Below, piece after piece: positions 31,805 through 41,697 of a DNA stretch of 64,000 bases. The translations under genes and the position numbers were made by a program. The notes under the pieces were generated by a model. That model was not told the DNA's origin. It searched no databases and was given only the letters and a program-made list of their open reading frames with translations. The DNA comes from Actinomycetes bacterium (GTDB taxonomy: Bacteria; Actinomycetota; CADDZG01; JAHWKV01), in contig JAJCYE010000108.1 in assembly GCA_029263075.1 (NCBI GenBank), positions 7,675 through 71,674 on the forward strand, read 5' to 3'. How positions within the stretch are numbered: position 1 is the first letter of the stretch; the number at the start of each line of letters is the position of its first letter.

Positions 31805-33037
31805 ATGGCCAGAACGGTCCGGTTCCGGTTCCTGAGGGGTCTTGAGCCCTCAAACCTGATCGACCTGCCCTGGGACACCCCGCTGGAGGAGTGGCAGCAT
31901 GCTTCGTTGGTCCACCCGACCCGGGGGCAGAGCCGCCACGTCGTACGATTTGTGAGCGACGGCGACCGCACCTTCGCCCTCAAAGAAACCGACGAAAAGC
32001 GGGCCCGTACCGAGTACGACCTCCTGAGGGAGATCCGGGAGGCCGGCCTGCCGGTGGTCGAGGCCGTTGGTTTGGTAACCGGGCGGCGCACCTCGGACGG
32101 TGACGACCTGGACGGGGTCCTGGTGACCCGGTTCCTGGACTACTCCCTGCCGTTTCGCTACCTTTTCGGCCGGGAGCAGGGGGCGCCGTTGAGCGCCAAA
32201 CTTATCGACGCGGCGGTCGTGCTGCTGGTGCGGCTGCACGTCGAGGGCTTTTACTGGGGCGATTGCTCGTTGTCCAACCTGCTGTTCCGGCGCGACGCGG
32301 GCGCATTGATGGCCTACCTGGTCGATGCTGAGACCTCCCAGCACCGCACGCCGATTCCCGAGGGCATGCGCCAGCACGAGTTGGAGGTGGCGCGGGAGAA
32401 CTTTGCCGGTGGTTTGTTGGACCTGTCGGCTGAAGGAAAGTTGCCGGCAGAGGTTGATATTTTCGCCACCGTCAACCTGCTGTCCGAGCGCTACGAACAA
32501 CTTTGGAGCGAGTTGACCGGGGTAACCGAGATAGATGCCCGTGAGCGGCATCTGATCGATCAGCGCATCCGGCGGCTGAACAAGATGGGCTTCGACGTCG
32601 AAGAACTGATAGTGGAAGCCGACCCCTCGGGCGACCGCATGCGAGTGGTCCCCACCCTGGTGGAGGAAGGGCACCACGCCCGGGAACTCAAGCGCCTGAC
32701 CGGGCTGAATGTCCAAGAGAACCAGGCGCGCCGGTTGTTGAACGACATCGCCTCTTACGGCGCCTACCTAAGCCGGACCGAGGGCCGGGTCCCGCCCCCT
32801 GCGGTGACCGCGGCCCGGTGGATCTCCGAGGTCTACGGACCCATAGTCGCCCGGATTCCCAAAGAACTGCAGGGGCGTCTGGAGCCGGCCGAGTTGTTCC
32901 ACGAACTACTTGAGCACCGTTACTACCTGTCGGAGGCGGCGGGGTACGAGGTGGACAACGACGCCGGTCTTGCTTCGTATATAGAGAACGTGCTTCGTTT
33001 CCGCCCGGTGGAGCGAGCACTCTTCCCCGACGAGTAA
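31805..33037 (+). CDS. Kinase-fold protein, DUF4032-like (PhoP-regulatory-network YrbL-like N-domain)
   Basis: Kinase-like segments RHVVRFVSDGDRTFALKE and DCSLSNLLFRRDAGALMAYLVDAETS (catalytic-loop/DFG-like). Family assignment is from memory. Confidence 0.5.
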   Translation: MARTVRFRFLRGLEPSNLIDLPWDTPLEEWQHASLVHPTRGQSRHVVRFVSDGDRTFALKETDEKRARTEYDLLREIREAGLPVVEAVGLVTGRRTSDGDDLDGVLVTRFLDYSLPFRYLFGREQGAPLSAKLIDAAVVLLVRLHVEGFYWGDCSLSNLLFRRDAGALMAYLVDAETSQHRTPIPEGMRQHELEVARENFAGGLLDLSAEGKLPAEVDIFATVNLLSERYEQLWSELTGVTEIDARERHLIDQRIRRLNKMGFDVEELIVEADPSGDRMRVVPTLVEEGHHARELKRLTGLNVQENQARRLLNDIASYGAYLSRTEGRVPPPAVTAARWISEVYGPIVARIPKELQGRLEPAELFHELLEHRYYLSEAAGYEVDNDAGLASYIENVLRFRPVERALFPDE

Positions 33038-33147
33038 CCCTGGGTAACGAACCGTTTGCAACTCGATCCGCCGAGGTCCACAATTAACCAAACGGATCAA
33101 CGAAAGTCTTCCATGTAGCGCTGGCTCTGGAGGCGGTTTGAGAGATC

Positions 33148-34476
33148 TTGGCGGCGTTTGGTGAGCGGGGCCCCGGTCGGCGGCCGTCCCCGTTGATCAG
33201 CCGTCGGGTAGCCTGCCTGCTCTGCGTGGTTCTTGTTGGTTCGGTTCTGGCCGCTTGCGCCGAGGCCAGCGGTCCCCCGACGCTCAACTGGTACATCAAT
33301 CCGGACAACGGTGGTCAGGCGGATTTGGCCGACAAGTGCGGCGCAAGGTCTGACGGGGCCTACAGCATCAACGTCTCGGTCCTGCCCAACGACGCCACCG
33401 CCCAGCGGGAACAACTGGTGCGTCGCCTGGCGGCCAAGGACTCCTCCATCGATCTGATGAGCCTGGACCCCCCGTTCATCCCGGAGTTCGCCGCCGCCGG
33501 TTTCCTGCGGCCGTTCTCCGAGGCGGAGGCGGGGGAGTTTACCGAAGGGGTCCTGGAGGGCCCGGTGGATTCGGCAACCTGGGACGACGAGTTGGTGGCC
33601 GCTCCGTTTTGGGCCAACACGCAATTGTTGTGGTTCCGCAAATCGGTAGCGCAGCGCTCGGGGCTGAACCCGTTGACCACCCGGGCCACTTGGGAAGATC
33701 TCATTGCGGCCGCCGAGAGGGCGGGTGCTTCGGTTGAGATCCAGGGCAACCGTTACGAGGGGTACATGGTGCTGCTGTCGGCCCTGATCTCCTCGGCCGG
33801 TGGGCAGATCCTGGTCGACCCCGAAGCCGGCAAGGACGTAAAAACCTCCATCGACTCCGATGCGGGCCGGCAAGCGGCCGCGGTCGTGAGCCGGCTGGCC
33901 AACTCGGACGCCCGCAACCCGGCCATTTCGACCTCCGATGAGGAGGCCGCCCGGGCGGCCTTCCAGTCCGACCGGGGTGGGTACATGGTCAACTGGCCCT
34001 ACGTCTACGGAGCGGCCCAGGAGGCGGTCGAGGCGGGTTCGCTATCCCAGTCCGTTCTGGACGACATCGGCTGGGCCCGCTACCCCCGGGTCGACGAGAG
34101 CCTGGAGAGCCAGCCCCCGCTCGGAGGGATCAACATTGGAATAGGCGCCTACAGCGAACACCATGATCTGGCGCTCGACGCGGTCCGCTGCATCACCTCG
34201 CTGGAGAGCCAGACCGAATACATGGTGGGGGCGAAGAACCCGGGCGCTCGGGCGGCGGTCTACGACGACCCCGAGGTCCGCCGGATCTTCCCGATGGCCG
34301 ACCTGATCCGGGAGTCGATCAACGCCGCGGCCCCCCGGCCGAAGACCCCCTACTACACCGACGTTTCCACCGCGGTGGTCCGCAGCTTCCACCCGCCGAC
34401 CTCGGTGGACGAGGGGTCCCCTGAGCGGGCGGCGCAATTGATAGTCGACGTCTTGAACGACCGGGTCCTACTGTGA
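33148..34476 (+). CDS. Sugar ABC transporter substrate-binding lipoprotein (family 1 SBP)
   Basis: Signal peptide with lipobox LAAC. Size and placement upstream of two permeases and an ATPase fit a family 1 SBP. Confidence 0.8.
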   Translation: MAAFGERGPGRRPSPLISRRVACLLCVVLVGSVLAACAEASGPPTLNWYINPDNGGQADLADKCGARSDGAYSINVSVLPNDATAQREQLVRRLAAKDSSIDLMSLDPPFIPEFAAAGFLRPFSEAEAGEFTEGVLEGPVDSATWDDELVAAPFWANTQLLWFRKSVAQRSGLNPLTTRATWEDLIAAAERAGASVEIQGNRYEGYMVLLSALISSAGGQILVDPEAGKDVKTSIDSDAGRQAAAVVSRLANSDARNPAISTSDEEAARAAFQSDRGGYMVNWPYVYGAAQEAVEAGSLSQSVLDDIGWARYPRVDESLESQPPLGGINIGIGAYSEHHDLALDAVRCITSLESQTEYMVGAKNPGARAAVYDDPEVRRIFPMADLIRESINAAAPRPKTPYYTDVSTAVVRSFHPPTSVDEGSPERAAQLIVDVLNDRVLL

Positions 34477-35399
34477 ACGTGGAGGCGCCCCCCGGACCGG
34501 ATGCCCCGCGCAAAGCGCTGGCCAGCGATCGTGCGGTTTCTGAACGTCGCCTCGGTTGGAAGTTGGTTGCGCCGGCGGTGTTCATGATGCTGCTGGTCAC
34601 CGCCTACCCGATGATGAACGCTCTTTACCTGTCGCTGTTCAGCTACCGGCTGACCGACCCGGCGGGCAAAGAGTTCGTCGGCCTCCGCAACTACGCGGTG
34701 GTGTTGGGCGACAGTTTGTGGTGGCAGGACGTTTTCACCACGGTGACGATCACCGTCATCACGGTGGTGGTTGAACTGATCCTGGGCTTCGCCTTCGCCA
34801 TGGTCATGCACAAAATCGTCTTCGGGAAGCGGGAAGTCCGCACCTCCATCCTCATCCCCTACGGGATCATCACCGTGGTGTCGGCGTTCGCCTGGCGCTA
34901 CGCCTTCGCCCTGGACTCGGGGTTCGTCAACGAGTGGTTCAACCTGGGCGACAAGTCCTGGTTCGGGGAGCGCTGGAGTTCACTGGCGGTGATATCGCTC
35001 TCTGAGATCTGGAAGACCACGCCGTTCATCTCGCTGTTGCTGCTGGCCGGGCTGGCTCAGGTGCCGGATGTGCTGCAGGAGGCGGCGCAGATCGATGGGG
35101 CGTCCTGGTCCCAGCGGCTGACCAAGGTGACTCTGCCGAACATGAAGGCGGCCATCCTGGTCGCGGTGTTGTTCCGCACGCTCGACGCCTACCGGCTATT
35201 CGACAACGTCTTCATCATGACCTCGGGAGCCCAGCGGACCGAAACTGTCTCCTTCCTGGCCTACCGGCAGATGATCAGCCGGACCGCGCTCGGGTTGGGT
35301 TCGGCGGTGTCGGTGCTGTTGTTCTTGTCGGTGCTGTTGATTGCGGCCGGCTTCATCAAGGGGTTCAAGGTCGACCTCAGCCAGGTGAGGGGCGGATGA
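34473..35399 (+). CDS. Sugar ABC transporter permease (MalF/SugA-like)
   Basis: EAA loop AAQIDGASWSQRLTKVTLP and 6 TM helices. Overlaps the SBP stop. Confidence 0.85.
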   Translation: MNVEAPPGPDAPRKALASDRAVSERRLGWKLVAPAVFMMLLVTAYPMMNALYLSLFSYRLTDPAGKEFVGLRNYAVVLGDSLWWQDVFTTVTITVITVVVELILGFAFAMVMHKIVFGKREVRTSILIPYGIITVVSAFAWRYAFALDSGFVNEWFNLGDKSWFGERWSSLAVISLSEIWKTTPFISLLLLAGLAQVPDVLQEAAQIDGASWSQRLTKVTLPNMKAAILVAVLFRTLDAYRLFDNVFIMTSGAQRTETVSFLAYRQMISRTALGLGSAVSVLLFLSVLLIAAGFIKGFKVDLSQVRGG

Positions 35400-36220
35400 A
35401 AAGGCGCGAAGGTCCATGGACCATCCTCGGTGCGGTTCTCATCATCGCCTGGGCGCTGGCGCCGGTCGTGTGGATCATCTCCTTGTCCCTGAAGGCCGGC
35501 GACGACATCAACAACAACAAGTTCTGGCCCACCAAGTTCAGCACCGAGAACTACGAAACTGTGTTCAACACCCCCCTGTTCACCAGCGCGCTGCGTAACT
35601 CGATAGGGATTTCATTGCTGGCCACGGCACTTTCGGTGGCCATCGCCACGGTCGCTGCCTACGCCATCGCCCGGCTGGACTTCCCCGGCAAAAAGACGGT
35701 GCTGTCGATAGCGCTCGCCATCGCCATGTTCCCGGCGGTCTCTTTGGTTGGACCGCTGTTCAACATCTGGCGGTCGGTCGGCCTGTACGACACCTGGCTG
35801 GGCCTGATCATTCCCTACATGTCGTTCACGCTGCCGCTGTCTTTGTGGACCCTGTCCGCCTTCTTCCGGGAGATCCCGTGGGAGATGGAGGAGGCGGCCC
35901 AGATGGACGGTGCCACCCCGTGGCAGGCGTTCCGCAAGGTGATCGTCCCGCTGGCCGCGCCGGGGGTGTTCACCGCCGCCATCCTGGCCTTCTTCTTCGC
36001 CTGGAACGACTTTGTTTTTGGCATATCGCTCACATCGACCGACGCCGCCCGCCCGGTGCCGGCGGCGCTCGCCTTCTTCACCGGGGCTTCGCAGTTCCAG
36101 CAACCGGCCGGCGCCATCTCGGCGGCCGCGGTCGTGGTGACCATCCCGGTCGTGGTGCTGGTCCTGCTCTTCCAGAAAAAGATCGTCGCCGGGCTCACCA
36201 ACGGCGCAGTCAAAGGATAA
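35396..36220 (+). CDS. Sugar ABC transporter permease (MalG/SugB-like)
   Basis: EAA loop [19 protein letters not shown]. Overlaps the upstream permease stop. Confidence 0.85.
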   Translation: MKRREGPWTILGAVLIIAWALAPVVWIISLSLKAGDDINNNKFWPTKFSTENYETVFNTPLFTSALRNSIGISLLATALSVAIATVAAYAIARLDFPGKKTVLSIALAIAMFPAVSLVGPLFNIWRSVGLYDTWLGLIIPYMSFTLPLSLWTLSAFFREIPWEMEEAAQMDGATPWQAFRKVIVPLAAPGVFTAAILAFFFAWNDFVFGISLTSTDAARPVPAALAFFTGASQFQQPAGAISAAAVVVTIPVVVLVLLFQKKIVAGLTNGAVKG

Positions 36221-36233
36221 GGAGTACTCCTTA

Positions 36234-37415
36234 ATGGCATCGATAACCGTGAAGAACGTATTCAAGGAGTACGGCGACGGCTTCAAGGCGGTGAACGACA
36301 TCAGCCTGGAGATCGCCGACGGGGAACTGATGATCCTGGTGGGGCCGTCGGGGTGTGGAAAGTCGACGCTGCTCCGCATGATCGCCGGGTTGGAGGACAT
36401 CACCGCCGGGGACCTGATGATCGGCGGGGAGCGGGCCAACGAGAAGGCGCCCCGGGACCGCAACCTGGCGATGGTGTTCCAAAACTACGCCCTCTACCCG
36501 CACCTGACCGTCTACGAGAACATCGCTTTCCCCCTCAGGCTGAACGGCAAGTACTCCGACGAACAGATTCGCGCCAAGGTCGATGAGGCCGCCGACACCC
36601 TGGAGCTGAAGGAGCACCTGGAGCGCAAGCCCAGCCAGCTTTCGGGCGGGCAGCGCCAGCGGGTGGCCATGGGCCGGGCGATCGTCCGGGAGGCCGAGGC
36701 GTTCTTGTTCGACGAACCGCTGAGCAACCTGGACGCCAAGCTCCGGGGACAGATGCGGACCGAAATTTCCCGCCTGCAGCGGCGAATGGGGATCACCACG
36801 GTGTATGTCACCCACGACCAGACCGAAGCGATGACCCTGGGAGATCGGGTGGCGGTCCTGCGCAAGGGGGTCCTGCAGCAGGTCGACACCCCGCGGGAGT
36901 TGTACACGCGGCCGATCAACCTGTTCGTGGCAGGGTTTATCGGTTCGCCCCCCATGAACTTCGTCCCGGCCTCCATCGCCGGCCGGACCGTCACCCTCCC
37001 GTTTGTTTCGTTCGATGTTTCCCAGGAGGTGGCTACGGCCCTGGGAGAGCGGGAGTTGATGATCGCCGGCATACGCCCGGAGCACTTCGAGGATGCGGAC
37101 ATGATGGATGAGGGCAAACTTGCGCAGTCGGTGACCTTCACCGACCACGTGGATGTGACCGAGTGGCTGGGCAACGAGCTATTCGCCTACGTGCCGTTCG
37201 AGACCACCGCCGAGGTCCACGAAAACTTGAAGGGGCTGGCTCGGGAACTGGACAGCGAGTCGCTGCGCACCCAACTGGTGGTGGCGCTCGACGCCGCCAG
37301 CCGGATCGGAGACGGGCAGGACGCGAAGTTGGCCTTCGACCCCTCCAAGATGCACTTTTTCGACCCGGCTTCAGGCGACAACCTGACCCGGGACCTGGCG
37401 GTAGTAGCCCACTGA
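36234..37415 (+). CDS. Sugar ABC transporter ATP-binding protein (MalK/MsiK-like)
   Basis: [17 protein letters not shown] and [10 protein letters not shown] motifs, with a C-terminal TOBE-like regulatory domain. Confidence 0.9.
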   Translation: MASITVKNVFKEYGDGFKAVNDISLEIADGELMILVGPSGCGKSTLLRMIAGLEDITAGDLMIGGERANEKAPRDRNLAMVFQNYALYPHLTVYENIAFPLRLNGKYSDEQIRAKVDEAADTLELKEHLERKPSQLSGGQRQRVAMGRAIVREAEAFLFDEPLSNLDAKLRGQMRTEISRLQRRMGITTVYVTHDQTEAMTLGDRVAVLRKGVLQQVDTPRELYTRPINLFVAGFIGSPPMNFVPASIAGRTVTLPFVSFDVSQEVATALGERELMIAGIRPEHFEDADMMDEGKLAQSVTFTDHVDVTEWLGNELFAYVPFETTAEVHENLKGLARELDSESLRTQLVVALDAASRIGDGQDAKLAFDPSKMHFFDPASGDNLTRDLAVVAH

Positions 37416-37426
37416 AGGGGGCCTCG

Positions 37427-38995
37427 TTGCAGGGCCCGGCGTCACGGGCCTGGTGGCGCTCGGCCGTCATCTACCAGATCTACCCCCGGTCGTTCGCCGA
37501 CGGGAACGGTGACGGGGTCGGGGACCTGGAAGGCATCGTCGGCCGGCTGGAGTATCTGGCGTGGCTGGGTATCGAAGCCGTCTGGATCTCCCCGTTCTAC
37601 CCCTCGCCCATGAAGGACTTCGGCTACGACGTTGCGGACTTCTGCGATGTCGACCCGATCTTCGGGGACCTGGGCACCTTCGACCGGTTGGTGGAGGAGG
37701 CCCACCGGCTAGGGATCCGGGTCCTGGTCGACCTGGTCCCCAACCACTCCTCCGACCAGCACCCCTGGTTCATCGAGTCCTGCAGTTCCCGGGACAACCC
37801 GAAGAGGGACTGGTACATCTGGCGGGACTCGCCGCCGGACCGGCCCCCCAACAACTGGATAGGCGCCTTTCTCGGTAGACCGGCCTGGACTTGGCACGCG
37901 GCAACCGGCCAGTGGTACCTGCATCTGTTCCTGCCCGAGCAGCCCGACCTCAACTGGGCCAACCCGCAGGTCGAGGAGGCGATGCACGACGTGGTCCGCT
38001 TCTGGCTCGACCGGGGAGCCGACGGGTTCCGCATCGACGTGGCCCACGCGATCGGCAAGGATCCGGCGCTGCCCGACTCGCCTCCCGAGCTGGTGCTGGA
38101 CCCCCGGGCGTCGGTCCACGACGATCCCGCCACCCACCCGCTGCTGCGCCGCCTGAGGGCGATGGTCCAGACCTATCCCCAGAACCCGGTGCTGGTCGGG
38201 GAGGTCCACCTGGTGGATACCGTCAAGATCGGCGAGTACTACGGCAACGACGACGAGTTGCACCTGGCCTTCAACTTCCCGGCCCTGTACGCCGACTGGA
38301 CCGCCGAGGCGTGGAAGAAGCAGCTTGCCGACGCCGACGCGGTGTTCGGACCGGTCGACGCCTGGCCCACCTGGGTCCTCAGCAACCACGACGAGCCCCG
38401 CCATCGCACCCGGTACGGCTCGGAGGAGCGGGCCCGGGCGGCGGCGGTGCTGCTGTTGACGCTGAGGGGCACGCCGTTCATCTATGCCGGGGAGGAACTG
38501 GGCCTGGAGGATGCGGTGATCCCGCCCGAGCGCAAGGTGGATCCCGGGAACCGGGACGGGTGCCGGGCCCCCATTCCCTGGGATCCGTCTGCTGATCACG
38601 GCTGGGGGCCGGACCCGTGGCTGCCCTTCCCGCCGGAGCCGGAGACCCGCAACATGGAGTCCCTGAAGGAGGACCCGGAGTCGATCCTGCACCTGTACCG
38701 CCGGCTGCTGAAGCTGCGGCGGGAGACGCCGGCGCTGAACCTGGGCAGCTTCAAGGTACTCGAGTCGCCGGAGGGGACCCTTCTTTACCAAAGGGAGCTC
38801 GGAGGCGACCGGATCTTCGTGCTGGTGAACTTCTCCGATGCCGAGGTTTCATTTGGCGATGGGCGGGCCTCAGGTGTTCAGATCCTGGTCAGCACCTACG
38901 GCGCCGGCTCAGGCGGCGAAGGCAACATCGATCTCGTTCCCGCCTCAGGTGCCGTGGTGTTCCGATCGGCCGCCCAACCCGGGAAGCCGGCCTAA
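37427..38995 (+). CDS. GH13 alpha-glucosidase / oligo-1,6-glucosidase-like
   Basis: GH13 regions are present: DLVPNH, GFRIDVAHAIGK, GEVH and SNHDEPR. N-terminus begins WWRSAVIYQIYPRSF. TTG start at 37427 with AAGGGGG RBS is an inference; the longer ORF starts inside malK. Confidence 0.8.
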   Translation: MQGPASRAWWRSAVIYQIYPRSFADGNGDGVGDLEGIVGRLEYLAWLGIEAVWISPFYPSPMKDFGYDVADFCDVDPIFGDLGTFDRLVEEAHRLGIRVLVDLVPNHSSDQHPWFIESCSSRDNPKRDWYIWRDSPPDRPPNNWIGAFLGRPAWTWHAATGQWYLHLFLPEQPDLNWANPQVEEAMHDVVRFWLDRGADGFRIDVAHAIGKDPALPDSPPELVLDPRASVHDDPATHPLLRRLRAMVQTYPQNPVLVGEVHLVDTVKIGEYYGNDDELHLAFNFPALYADWTAEAWKKQLADADAVFGPVDAWPTWVLSNHDEPRHRTRYGSEERARAAAVLLLTLRGTPFIYAGEELGLEDAVIPPERKVDPGNRDGCRAPIPWDPSADHGWGPDPWLPFPPEPETRNMESLKEDPESILHLYRRLLKLRRETPALNLGSFKVLESPEGTLLYQRELGGDRIFVLVNFSDAEVSFGDGRASGVQILVSTYGAGSGGEGNIDLVPASGAVVFRSAAQPGKPA

Positions 38996-39243
38996 CCGGC
39001 GGGAGTTTCGGGGTCGTCGCGCTTGTCGACCTCAATGGTCCACTTGCCGGCCAGCGCCCCCACGGCACCAACCGCAGCCAGCACCGGCGCCGCGATCGCT
39101 CCGACAATACCGATGGTCACCGGTATTTCGATCACAGTTTGGCCCTGGTCGTTCTTGATGACTATCCGGCGAACGTTGCCCTCGTGGATCAGTTCCTTGA
39201 CCTTTTTGACGAGATCCTGGCTGTCGTCAAACTCAAACTTCAT
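38992..39243 (-). CDS. DUF4342-like small membrane-associated protein
   Basis: LVKKVKELIHEGNVRRIVIKNDQGQTVIEIPVTIGIVGAIAAPVLAAVGAVGALAG pattern. Family assignment is from memory. Confidence 0.5.
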   Translation of the reverse strand: MKFEFDDSQDLVKKVKELIHEGNVRRIVIKNDQGQTVIEIPVTIGIVGAIAAPVLAAVGAVGALAGKWTIEVDKRDDPETPAG

Positions 39244-39305
39244 CTGACTCCTTCCGTTTGTGGTGGGCCTCTAGGCTACCGGTAGCAATCACCCGGGTTT
39301 CGTAG

Positions 39306-39350
39306 CACGAAAAAGCCCCTGCGAGCACGATGGCTCCCAGGGGCTTCTCC
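39306..39350 (-). terminator. Rho-independent terminator-like hairpin (minus strand) about 60 nt upstream of the DUF4342 start
   Basis: On the minus strand GAAGCCCCUG...CAGGGGCUUUUUCGUG forms a 7-8 bp GC stem followed by U5. Confidence 0.5.
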
Positions 39351-39618
39351 TAGGCGTCCGCTCCTGGAGAACCCAGGGAGACCGACTTTGAACTGCGCGG
39401 GCGACGGGCTTCGATCCCGCGACCTTCACCTTGACAGGGTGACGAGCTAACCGTGCTGCTCCACGCCCGCAGTGCTGTCGCCAACTATCCTAACGCTACT
39501 CGGGGCCACCCCTGTGGGGAGCATCCGATCCCAGGCACATTTCGACCCCAAGAACCCAGCAAACGTGGTGCAGTGGGCCCCGGATTGACTGTTGCGAGCG
39601 GCCGAACCAACCGGCCGG

Positions 39619-40248
39619 TTACTGCCCACCCGGCGATGGGTGCCACGCCGGGTACGGAATGCCGGCCAGCCGGTTGATCACGTAGCCCTGTGCCACCAGC
39701 AGCACGACCGCGACCATCAGGACTGCGATCTGCTGGGGTTCCCGGAGGATCCCCAGGGAGATAATTAGCGTGGTCGCCCCGGCAGGGGGATGCGGAACTC
39801 GAAGCCACACCATCGCACCGCTGGTGAGACCCAGCGATAGGGCGGCGGCACCCACCCGCGCTCCGGTGACGCTGGCGGCAAGCGCCGGCAGGGCGTCGGT
39901 CAACCCGAAGACCACCAGCGACAGGTACCCGGCGGCGGCGCCGATCAGGTGACCGCCGATGGTATTGCGCGGAGAGGAGGCCGGCAGCATTGGCGTGTAG
40001 AACAGCAGAAAAGCGGTGGGCCCAAGCGAGGGGAACACGAACGGCTCCCCGGTGACGTAGGCGACGAACGCCATTGCGCCGATCGCGATGAGCCCATTGA
40101 CGAAGGCAAACATCCCGAGCACCACTCGAGAGCTGTGCCGTTGCGTGAGCACCGGCAGGCGCATCCGGTGGGCAAGGCCGAACACGATCGCGGCCATGTC
40201 CCCACCGATCGGACCGGGTCGCTCCGGTGGATCGGAGGGCGGACTCAC
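39619..40248 (-). CDS. HPP-family membrane protein (family of plastid/cyanobacterial nitrite transporters)
   Basis: The literal HPPAGAT motif and 4-5 TM helices. The 4-bp overlap with the upstream small TM gene makes it the last gene of the Mo-enzyme operon. Confidence 0.7.
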   Translation of the reverse strand: MSPPSDPPERPGPIGGDMAAIVFGLAHRMRLPVLTQRHSSRVVLGMFAFVNGLIAIGAMAFVAYVTGEPFVFPSLGPTAFLLFYTPMLPASSPRNTIGGHLIGAAAGYLSLVVFGLTDALPALAASVTGARVGAAALSLGLTSGAMVWLRVPHPPAGATTLIISLGILREPQQIAVLMVAVVLLVAQGYVINRLAGIPYPAWHPSPGGQ

Positions 40249-40490
40249 CTCAGGTACCGGTAGAAGGCAGCCGCTCCGGCCGCCAGCAGGACCGAGAAAC
40301 CCGCCGTGATCCAGGCGAGTCCGGCATCATGCGCCAGCAGGGCATCCAGGCCCACCGTCAACAGGAAGATCTGCAGAGAGAGCAGCACCACGACGAACAC
40401 CCCCACGGCAACCGAGACCTCACGGCTTGCCCGGGCCCTCTGCGGCCGGGGAAGGTGAGGCTCCCGATGCTGATGTCTTGACGGGCTCAC
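40245..40490 (-). CDS. Small hypothetical membrane protein (2 TM)
   Basis: 81 aa, translationally coupled on both sides (4-bp overlaps). Two hydrophobic helices. Confidence 0.4.
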   Translation of the reverse strand: MSPSRHQHREPHLPRPQRARASREVSVAVGVFVVVLLSLQIFLLTVGLDALLAHDAGLAWITAGFSVLLAAGAAAFYRYLR

Positions 40491-41020
40491 CTAGACCTCT
40501 CCCCCAGGGCGGCGAGTGCCCACACCATCCCATCCTCCCTCAGCTCCACGTCGATTCGACCCAGCGGCCGTTGCGGCGGCCCGGACAGGACCTCCCCGGT
40601 ATCGGCGTCGAAGTGGCCTTCGTGGCACGGGCACTCCACTCCCCCAGACTCCGGGGAGAAGTAGACGACGCAACCCAGGTGGGTGCACTTCTGGCTGAAG
40701 GCCCGCAGCCGGCGTCCCGGGAGGTGGAAGAGGATGGCGGGGTCGGCTCCGGTCGGATAGTTGAACAGATGGGCCTGGTTCTCGGGCAGCTGGTCGAGGG
40801 CGACGATCGGGCGAGGCTCCCCCCGGTTGACCGATCGCAGCGAAGCCCACACCGCAACCCCCACGTTGCCGGCGGCGAAGCCGCCGCACGCTAGGACGAG
40901 GTAGCGCACGAACTCCCGGCGGGTCACCTCATCCTCGCCGGCCGACGTGTACGGGAAGTCCCGCCGCCACACCGGATCCGGCGGGGGCGGGGCCTGTCCG
41001 CCGCCTTGCGGATCGTTCAC
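40487..41020 (-). CDS. Tat-exported, membrane-anchored Rieske [2Fe-2S] protein (high-potential type)
   Basis: Twin-arginine motif TRREFVRYL followed by a TM helix. Rieske boxes CTHLGC and CPCHEGH carry the extra disulfide cysteines typical of bc1/b6f/arsenite-oxidase Rieske proteins. Confidence 0.85.
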   Translation of the reverse strand: MNDPQGGGQAPPPPDPVWRRDFPYTSAGEDEVTRREFVRYLVLACGGFAAGNVGVAVWASLRSVNRGEPRPIVALDQLPENQAHLFNYPTGADPAILFHLPGRRLRAFSQKCTHLGCVVYFSPESGGVECPCHEGHFDADTGEVLSGPPQRPLGRIDVELREDGMVWALAALGERSR

Positions 41021-41697
41021 TCCCCGGACGCCATCTCATTCAGCCCGAACGGGTCGTCCTGCCATGGGCGCTCCCCGTCGCCGGCGGTGACATCAATCGA
41101 CCCCGGAGCATCGGCGACCGTGTGCACCTTGGTGGCCACGTACTGGTTGCCGAACCACCACTCGTTGACGAGCGTTCCCTGCCGGGTGGCGGCAAACTCC
41201 TCGGGGGTGCCGAACCACAACGCCTCGCTCGGACAGACCGACGCGCACATCGGCTTCAGTCCCACCGAGGAGCGGTCGTAGCACATGTCGCACTTCATCA
41301 TCTGGTCGAATTCGGACACGTACTTCGGAACGCCGAATGGGCAGGCGAGCACGCAGTTCGAGCACCCGATGCAGCGCGGCTTGAGCGACGACTGCACCAC
41401 CCCGTCCTCGTTCTGCTTGATCGCGTCGGTCGGGCAGACCTCGGCGCAGGTCGGATCTTCGCAGTGCATGCACACCATCGGCGCGGTCTGGGTGCTGGCC
41501 GCCCGGTCGACCTCGTCCAGGTGGATCATCGAGTGGCCCCGATGGGTGCCGCACTCCTCGCACGCCTGCACGCAGGCGTTGCAGCCTATGCACCGGCTCT
41601 GGTCGATGACGAAGATGTTTTCGCCGAAGGCATCCTGGCGCGGCGGGCGCGGGGGCGGCTTGCGGCCGATGGACACCGGGACGACGTGACCGGTCAT
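41017..41697 (-). CDS. 4Fe-4S ferredoxin-type electron-transfer subunit (DmsB/HybA/NrfC-like)
   Basis: Four CxxCxxCxxxCP-type cluster motifs ([47 protein letters not shown]...CASVCP). Confidence 0.85.
   Translation of the reverse strand: MTGHVVPVSIGRKPPPRPPRQDAFGENIFVIDQSRCIGCNACVQACEECGTHRGHSMIHLDEVDRAASTQTAPMVCMHCEDPTCAEVCPTDAIKQNEDGVVQSSLKPRCIGCSNCVLACPFGVPKYVSEFDQMMKCDMCYDRSSVGLKPMCASVCPSEALWFGTPEEFAATRQGTLVNEWWFGNQYVATKVHTVADAPGSIDVTAGDGERPWQDDPFGLNEMASGE

Noticed and set aside
39380-39440. tRNA-like T-arm (GGGCTTCGATCCCG) suggesting a tRNA or tmRNA fragment
   Set aside because: No acceptor, D or anticodon arms can be built around it, and the loop does not fit the TTCRANY consensus in either orientation. 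Kept only as part of the candidate structured RNA.
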